Source: Octopus vulgaris (Eukaryota). From it: a stretch of DNA of 64,000 bases. This document shows positions 55,436-64,000 of the stretch, in pieces. Where the stretch lies: NCBI GenBank assembly GCA_951406725.2, contig OX597834.1, positions 20,212,001-20,276,000 on the forward strand. Direction: 5' to 3'. Within the stretch, counting starts at the first letter, position 1, and every line of letters begins with the position of its first letter. The notes below the pieces were generated by a model. That model saw only the letters and a program-made list of their open reading frames with translations, was not told the DNA's origin and ran no database searches. A program made the translations under genes and the position numbers.

Positions 55436-55922
55436 CCTACATCTCAACGTGCAAATTAAACTGAAGCAGGCAAGCATGAGTGCTGATCTGTATATGAAAC
55501 ACTGATGCTGGAATCAAAACATGTGCATTTCTATGAGGCATAACACAGTTGACACATTAATATATAAATAAATATTGTGACAGGCTTTCAGCTTTAACAC
55601 TTAATCTCTGTTTATATTAAGATCTCGATATGTAAATGATTTATGCCCTGTGATTAGAATGATGACAATTGAGCTCACGGGAATCTAGAATGGTCAATCA
55701 AGGTATTTAGATTTCTCTATTATTTAGCAATTTTATAGAAATCTTGGTGCTGGTATTCCCAGATGCATAAATCCCCCAAATGTTTGTGTGTGCATGTGGG
55801 TATATATATATATATGCATATGCACATACTGCATATATTTATGTGTATATATATATATAATATATACACATACATACACACATATATATACACACATACA
55901 TTCACACACATGCATGTGTATG

Positions 55923-55955
<33 letters not shown>

Positions 55956-56035
55956 CTGTAAATATATAAATTCATATTTGTTTCATTTATATATGTGTGC
56001 CTCTGTGTGTGTGTCTGTGAGTATATATATATATT

Positions 56036-56084
<49 letters not shown>

Positions 56085-56281
56085 GTATATATATATAAAT
56101 ATATATATATATTAACGCACACATGCATGTGAATATATACACACATACATATATATATAATTATATATGTCTGTAAATATATAATTTCATATATATTTCA
56201 TTTATATATGTGTGCCTCTGTGTGTGTGTACACACACACACATATACATATACACAGACACACACACATATATACATATAC

Positions 56282-56314
<33 letters not shown>

Positions 56315-56649
56315 CACACATATATGTATGTATACACAAGTATATGTATGTGTGCTGCAATGGAAGTGACAGAAGACATCAGACCGTTCAGTGTCTAAGA
56401 AAACCTAAATTATCAACAGACTGGAATCGATAATGTTTGCTTCATGCTTCATGCTTGACGACGCAGGATTTTCTTAATTCTAGACTGAGGAACTAAATTA
56501 TAGCCGACCGAAATTACCAGAAAGCACCGCCAGTTAGCCAGTCCGTCAATCAGCCAGTCGAGAGATGGAAGAGGCAAGAAGTGAATAAGCACAGCTAATG
56601 AAGATTAAGAGTTACGGTGTGGCGGAGCCTTAAGCAATGATGGAAGAGG

Positions 56650-57090
56650 ATGTGTGTGTGTGTGTGTGTGTTTGCGTGTGTTTGTGTGTGTATATATGTG
56701 TGTGTTTGTGTGTGTATATATGTGTGTGTGTGTATATATGTGTGTGTGTATATATGTGTGTGTGTATATATGTGTGTGTGTGTTTGTGTGTGTATATATG
56801 TGTGTGTGTGTATATATGTGTGTGTGTTTGTGTGTGTATATATGTGTGTGTGTTTGTGTGTGTATATATGTGTGTGTCTTTATGTGTGTATATATGTGTG
56901 TGTGTGTTTGTGTGTGCATGTATGTGTTTGTGTGTCTATATTCATATTTGTGCATATGTGTGTGTTTATGTGTGTATGTATGTGTATGTGCATGTATGTG
57001 TCTATGAGTATGTATATGTGTCGGTTTGTATGCATATACGTACACACATATATATATATGGGTGTGTGTGTGTGTGTGTGTATGCATATA
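56650..57090. repeat. (TG)n(TA)n minisatellite-like array
   Basis: Direct inspection. Confidence 0.9.
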
Positions 57091-57172
57091 GAATCATCTG
57101 TTTATTGTACTTAATATAAATAACTGCTTCTGTTGCATATAACAGATAGTTATATTTGTGTGTGTGTGTGTA

Positions 57173-58023
57173 CGGGGTGCGTCTGTATTATTGCAAAAAT
57201 GAAAATAACACTGACATCTCATTTTAACAGATATAATTACCAAAATTACATAAAAACATCTTGAAATACTAAAGAGTAAATTTATTCAATAAAATCGTCA
57301 TTGGCTTCAACCATGGCCCCAGACGACTTTGTAATCTCCTGCAACTCTTCTGGAGGGTCTCTTTGTTTCAGTTGGTGAATACTGCTATAATCCATGCCTT
57401 CAGTTCATTTTTGGTTGTTACAAGGAATTTTATTGGTCTCTTGCTCAACTGTGCTCCACACATAATAATGAAGAGGGTTGCAGTCTGGAGAAATAGGTGG
57501 CCAGATGCTAGGGGTTATGTGGTTGCAGAAATTGTCTGACAGCCATGACTGGGTTCTTCTGCTTGTGTTGCATGGTGCAGAGTCCTGTTGCCAGACATAG
57601 GGTCTTCCAGCAGCCACCCTCTTGACCCAGGGCAGCACTACCTCCTCCAGGCACTTGATGTAAGCAGCCGTGTTGAGTGTTAGATTGTGTGGGAAGATGA
57701 ATGGAGGCATAACATTGCCATCAATAGTGATCACTCCAAACACCATGATGTTGACTGGATGTTGTCCTCCGATTACACTGTCCTCTGACTGACACCCAAT
57801 AGTTCAGAAATATTCATATTGGAGCCTCCAATGGGAATGCCAAGCAGTACAGCTTGTTGTTTCTGAATTTCTGGCAGGGTGAATTGTGTCACATTGCTGT
57901 TTTTCTCACAGACGGTGCCCAACTGACCCTACTATTCTGTGTAGTTGAGAAAATCAAAAACAAACAATGCACAAGCACGAAATCAAAGATATAAAATGGT
58001 AACAATTTACCCATCGCATCCTG
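57173..58023 (-). mobile_element. Internally deleted Tc1/mariner element of maT (DD37D) type
   Basis: ORF 57405-57746 MVFGVI...WQQDSAP...WPPISPDCNPL(H)YYVW has 37 residues between the second D and the third position (now H); ends TA-cggggtgcg and cgcatcctg-TA. Confidence 0.85.
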
Positions 58024-58034
58024 TATGTATATAC

Positions 58035-58080
<46 letters not shown>

Positions 58081-58177
58081 AAAATAAGGGTGAAAAAATT
58101 GGATATTAATTTAATAACATCAATTTAACACCAAGTGGTTTAGCACATAAAAACTGGGATACAGTAAAAATTAGTAC

Positions 58178-58224
58178 ACAAATATAAGAGAGGGTCCACA
58201 TAGTGGACCCTCTCTTATATTTGT
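58178..58224. repeat. Perfect 22-bp inverted repeat, 3-nt loop
   Basis: acaaatataagagagggtccac-ata-gtggaccctctcttatatttgt. Confidence 0.95.
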
Positions 58225-58737
58225 ATATATATATATATATATATAAAGAGAGAGAGGGAGAGACAGACAGACACACACACACACACATAAATATACTCCT
58301 ATACATATATACATATGCATATGAGTGTATATGTATGTGCAGTGCAAATACATGCAAAAATGAGAGAGATAGGGATAAAGGCAGCTCATGCAAGAAAATG
58401 AAGGAAATATTATACATATGTATTCACATGCGTACATACATGTATATACATATGTCTGTATGTAAAATAAAGTGTATCAATAAGAGAAGTTGATTAAGTA
58501 CATTGGTCTGGAGTTATTTCAAGCCGGTGCATGTCTGCTGCAGAACAATGCTATGTTCTGTAGCTGTCTTTTAGAATGCTGGAAATGCGATGATAATTTC
58601 ATTGATTTTCTCTTGGAATATCATTTGGCATAATTCTTCATTCCCAAAACCACCACCACCACCACCACCATCACCACCAGGAACATCGAAGATAAAACAT
58701 GAGTCTGGAAATTCTTATTATTATGGCAGGAGTCTTT

Positions 58738-59862
58738 CACCCTTTTGTTACCATTTTTCTTTTGAAATGTGCTGCTTTTGTTTCAATTAATTTTTAAAAT
58801 AATAAAGAATTTAGTAAAATAACTCTGTTTAATCTGGTTTTTGAAACATAAATTAACATGAAAAGTTTGATGGAATTTATTCATTTAGATCGTTTTAAAA
58901 CAGGAAATTTCTATCATAAAACTAGTGGAAGTTTCAGGAAGTTGGTATCAAAAGAATTAATAAAATTAGAAGTTGGCAAGCAGGGAAACGGAAAGTCTGG
59001 TTCAAATGTTTGCCATTCTCTAAATGGAAGAAAAGATTTTGCTTAAAATCTCTCACTTTGAATATTTTGATACCGTCCTACCTGAAACTGCTTCTGATTC
59101 TCTGATAGCAATTCATTGTTTTAAAGTGGTCTAAATTAAAACCTCCATCAAAATTTCTTGCTTCTCAATTTCATGCTTCCCAACTACATGGTTCTGGGTT
59201 CAATCCCAATGCATGGCATCTTGGGCAAGTGTTTACTCCTATAGCATTGGGCCGACCAAAGCCATGCAAGTGGATTTGGTAGAAGGAACCTGAATGAAGC
59301 ACGTTGTATGCATGTGTGTTTGTCCCCCCATCACTGCTTGACAACCAGTGTTGGTGTGTTTACATCCCTGTAACTTAACAGTTCTGCAAAAGAGCCTAAT
59401 AGAATAAATTCTAGACTTTAAAAAGTCCTGGAGTCGATTTGTTCTACTAAAACCCCTCAATGTGATACTCCAGCATGGCCACAGTCAAATGACTGAATCA
59501 AATAAAAGAATAAAAGAATTAGTATTCCAGATACTAGATTAATAATAACAAAACTATTTCAATAAATTCTTCATTATTTTCAAAGTTAATTAAAACAAAG
59601 AATATTTCAACATAAATATGGTAACAAAAGGGTTAACTACTTCATTATATTATTTCCATTGAAATTCACTGCCTTTATTTCATTAAATTTGGAAAACGAT
59701 GAGGAATTTACTAATCTGACTTTGTCATTATTAATCTGGGATTTGGAATATAAATTAACAAGAATTTTTGATGGACAGTTTTAATTCAGAACACTTTAAA
59801 ACAAGGAAATTGTGTCATGGAACCTGTGGTGATTCCAAGTATGTTGATATCAAAAGGCTTAA
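58738..59862. mobile_element. Three piggyBac-like P1 MITEs; the middle one (about 59065-59636, inverted) is interrupted by SINE A (about 59162-59518)
   Basis: Ends acccttttgttacca / tggtatcaaaag..ttaa and ggtaacaaaagggttaa; shared body aaattaacatga...gatgga...ttaaaaca.g. Confidence 0.65.
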
Positions 59863-59914
59863 GCAGATGACAGTTTAATTCTCAGCCAAAATAAAATGTA
59901 TATTCAGCTAGACT

Positions 59915-60145
59915 CATTAACTGTTGGATTACTCTCTCAAATGTAATACTTATTTATGCACATTGGTATGACTTAACCATTTAATCACGCATTATCTTGT
60001 AGCTCTGAGATTTCAATGATGTGGCCATTTATATTTTACAATGATATTGTTGGATTGGTGTAAGAGGCCTGATGTGGCCAGTTTGAACATAAAACTGGTA
60101 GAATCTTTGAGCCAGATCTGGCCAATTTACATGCTAAATGATTAA
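59915..60145 (+). mobile_element. piggyBac-like MITE P2
   Basis: gattactctctcaaatgtaat...atgctaaatgattaa; homologous to the copies at 32507 and 36708. Confidence 0.6.
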
Positions 60146-60499
60146 CCGCAATCCTATCTAATTGGTGTCTCTCAACTTTTAGAAATAACCCCTATGTTAA
60201 AGAATACTAAAAATAATTCTTAGTTTCCCTGCCTTAAGAACAGTCTAATCTTTTTGAAATACAACTCTGGTTAAGGAAGAACTAACTGCTTTTTTTTCTT
60301 TTACTGTTTTTACAAGCTGGATGAAGCAGTTCTATTTAAGTGGTTCAGAACATAAGAAGTGACCCTAGCTTTTAGCACACTAGAGCCAGCCCTATTCATT
60401 TTTCAACAACATCTTCCAATTCTACTTCTGTTGTTCCGTTACCACTTTTTGCACAATGTATAAGAAGTGATGGCAGATTCTATGTATAATTCTTTTTAA

Positions 60500-60697
60500 T
60501 TTTAACCCAAGGCCAACCACTTTGAAGATGGGAGAACAAGCTGATTGTATCGACCCCAGTAAAACACTGCCACTTTATTCCATAGACCACAAAAGGATGA
60601 AGGGCAAAATCAGCTTCAGCAGGATTTGAACTCATAACATAAAGAACCACTGCTTAGTACTTTGGTCCTGTGCACTAATGATTCTGCTAGCTCACCA
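60500..60697 (-). mobile_element. Degenerate SINE family B
   Basis: atcgaccccagt...aaaggatgaagggcaaa...gatttgaactca...gattctgctagctcacc. Confidence 0.65.
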
Positions 60698-61124
60698 CAT
60701 TACAGACATAAAAAACAGCTTTTTGGTGCAAGTGCAGTCAGTTGAAAACCCTGCTTACCAGATGCCAGTAGGTTTCAGGGTTCATCAGGGGAGACCCTGC
60801 ATCATTCAGCAGCCTCGCAATGCACCGGCCCCTACCTACTGATGTGAGACCCCACCTACTCCTTTGACTGACTAATATTTGACCACAAGTTCATTTCAGG
60901 ATCATCACCTCTCCAGCCAGGTTTCGTCATTCCATTTTAGCCATATCCAAAAATCGTTTTTTAAGTTTCTTAATTCTGGTTCTCCAAATCTCTGCTATTT
61001 CTCCTTATTTTGTGGAACTGGTTTCAGTAACTGTATCCTTTAGAAGAGAGCAAATAATCAGGAACACGGGGTGCAGGGAGTATACTTGCATCCCTCAATT
61101 TTGTTTTTATAGGTTGAGAGATTT

Positions 61125-61295
61125 GGGTTGAGAGTTTTGGGGTCTGAGTTTTGGGTGGTGAAAGTTTTGGAGTGGGAGTTTTGGGTGGTGAGAGTTTTGG
61201 GGTGGGAGTTTTAGGTGGTGAGAGTTTTGGGGTGGGAGTTCTGGGTGGTGAGAGTTTTGGGGTGGGAGTTATGGGTGGTGGGAGTTTTGGGGTGA
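61125..61295 (+). repeat. G-rich 30-bp (2x15) minisatellite
   Basis: (gagttttggggtgggagttttgggtggtga) x about 5.5. Confidence 0.9.
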
Positions 61296-61585
61296 GCAGT
61301 GAATACACTTTGAACATCCTGGGTTTGCATCAGCTTAGCAAATTTCATTTCTGCACCTATAGAAAGGAGTAGTGGTAGATGAACATTCTAATACAAGAAT
61401 GGTTGGAGTGCATGACAGAAGTGCTGCCTCAACCAGAAAAAGATATTGGTATTAATATTAGTCTGAGATAGAATTGTACTTTACTTAGGTTGATAAAATA
61501 CTCTTGACAGAGAAGGCATTCATGTAACGATTCTGCTTTGATGTGTTGCCCTAATTTGAAATCAATAGAAATAACTAAATATATT

Positions 61586-62425
<840 letters not shown>

Positions 62426-62572
62426 CATAATACATGTTGATATGTGGACATATGCACAAAAATATGTATTCAATATAAAACCTCCTTGTTCAGTGGTTTA
62501 TCAAGTGGAAGACATTTTATAGTTTCTGCATCATTGAAGTAACATATGACATCTCCCTAATCTGTATACACA

Positions 62573-62616
<44 letters not shown>

Positions 62617-62824
62617 TGTGGATATGATAAAGAGAGGAGTGAGAGCATGAGATACTTTGTAAAACAGGTAATATACTCACTATTGCTATAGTGCAACACA
62701 TATTTATATATTCATGTTTATGTATGTATATATGTACATGTGTATATATGGATGTATGTGTATGTATTTGTATTGGTATGCATATATGTGCATGTATGTT
62801 TATGTATGTATATGTTATTGCTTT

Positions 62825-63259
62825 CTTTTCCTTGCTTCAGTCATTTGACTGTGGCCATGCGGGAGCACTGTCTTAAAGTGTTTTTAGTCGAATGAATCAA
62901 ACCCTGGACTTCTTATTTTTCTAAGCCCTAGTATTTATTCTATCGGTCCGTTTTACCAAACTGCTAAGTTATGGGAATGTAAACACACCAACACTGGTTG
63001 TCAATTGGTGGTGGGGGACAAAAACAGACAGAAAGACACATTCATATATATATGGCACGTAAGAAGCACCCACTACACTCTCAGAGTATATACATATGAT
63101 GGGCTTCTTTCAGTTTCCATCTACTACCAAATCTACTCACAAGGCTTTGGTCAGCCCAAGACTATAGTAGATGACGCAATGTGCCACATAATGGGACTGA
63201 ACCCAGAACCAAGTGGTTGCAAAGCATATTTCTCTTACCACACTGTCATACCTGCACCT
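62825..63259 (-). mobile_element. SINE family A, degenerate full length
   Basis: Colinear with the reverse complement of 37131-37549. Confidence 0.75.
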
Positions 63260-63330
63260 TTATATGTATGCATACACTGAAGTTTATAATTCTTATGTCT
63301 GCATATGCACATACACACACACACACAAAG

Positions 63331-63377
<47 letters not shown>

Positions 63378-63378
<1 letters not shown>

Positions 63379-64000
63379 TTAATCCAAACATGAAAACAAA
63401 ACAACGCGAGGACGTGGAACAAATATAGTATTATTGGACGCTCAGGAAGGAAGGGAAGACGGAGGGCTTAACTTTTCGAGCGGAGCTCTTCGTCAGAAAC
63501 ATAGGAAAAGGAAAGATCCAGAGAAGGGAAGACGGAGGAAAAGAATCGCCAGCAGTACACAAGGCACAGGAGTGGCTGTGTGGTAAGTAGCTTGTTTACC
63601 AACCACATGGTTCCGGGTTCAGTCCCACTGTGTGGCACCTTGGGCAAGTGTCTTCTACTATAGCCTCGGGCCGACCAAAGCCTTGTGAGTGGATTTGGTA
63701 GACAGAAACTGAAAGAAGCCTGTCGTATATATGTATATATATATAAGTGTGTGTGTATATGTTTATGTGTCTGTGTTTGTCTCCCTAGCATTGCTTGACA
63801 ACTGATGCTGGTGTGTTTACGTCCCCGTCACTTAGCGGTTCAGCAAAAGAGGCTGATAGAATAAGGACTGGGCTTACAAAAAAGAATAAGTCCTGGGGTC
63901 GAGTTGCTCGATTAAAGGCGGTGCTCCAGCATGGCCACAGTCAAATGACTGAAACAAGTAAAAAAGTAAAAGAGTAAAGAGTATGCGGTCACATTTTGAA
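63378..64000 (-). mobile_element. Family H1 hammerhead element interrupted by SINE A
   Basis: Matches 22133-22335 on both sides of the SINE; motif at 63466-63500 reads GTTT-CTGACGA-A-GAGC-tcc-GCTC-GAAAA-GTT-AAGC. Confidence 0.75.
63562..63983 (+). mobile_element. SINE family A, young full-length copy
   Basis: Colinear with 37131-37549. Confidence 0.9.

Noticed and set aside
60765-60800. CTGATGA-accct-GAAAC on the minus strand
   Set aside because: No stem II, and stems I and III do not pair

Overview
AT-rich, microsatellite-saturated eukaryotic DNA. The SINE/LINE families look, from memory, like those of Octopus (inference, not database-checked). No host protein-coding exon could be supported, so the window reads as intron or intergenic DNA built almost entirely from repeats. 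Main contents: (1) a nearly complete, uninterrupted RTE-clade LINE (990-aa ORF with APE endonuclease and RT) carrying a C4HC3 PHD-type finger inside the RT C-terminal region, plus two young 5'-truncated RTEs; the long copy is flanked by (TA)n on both sides and the others abut it; (2) at least four families of small non-coding elements with minimal type-I hammerhead ribozyme motifs, including a direct-repeat pair predicting a ~311-nt retrozyme-like RNA and a diverged relative with compensatory stem changes; (3) several tRNA-like SINE families, one with an internal 5x172-bp expansion; (4) CR1-like, maT (DD37D), mariner, piggyBac-like MITE and Helentron/HINE remnants; (5) an RTE-type fragment with a twin-priming-like 5' inversion, two strong hairpins, a 128-bp GGAAA satellite and a G-rich minisatellite. 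Almost all short ORFs in the track are microsatellite artefacts. Boundaries of old repeats are approximate.
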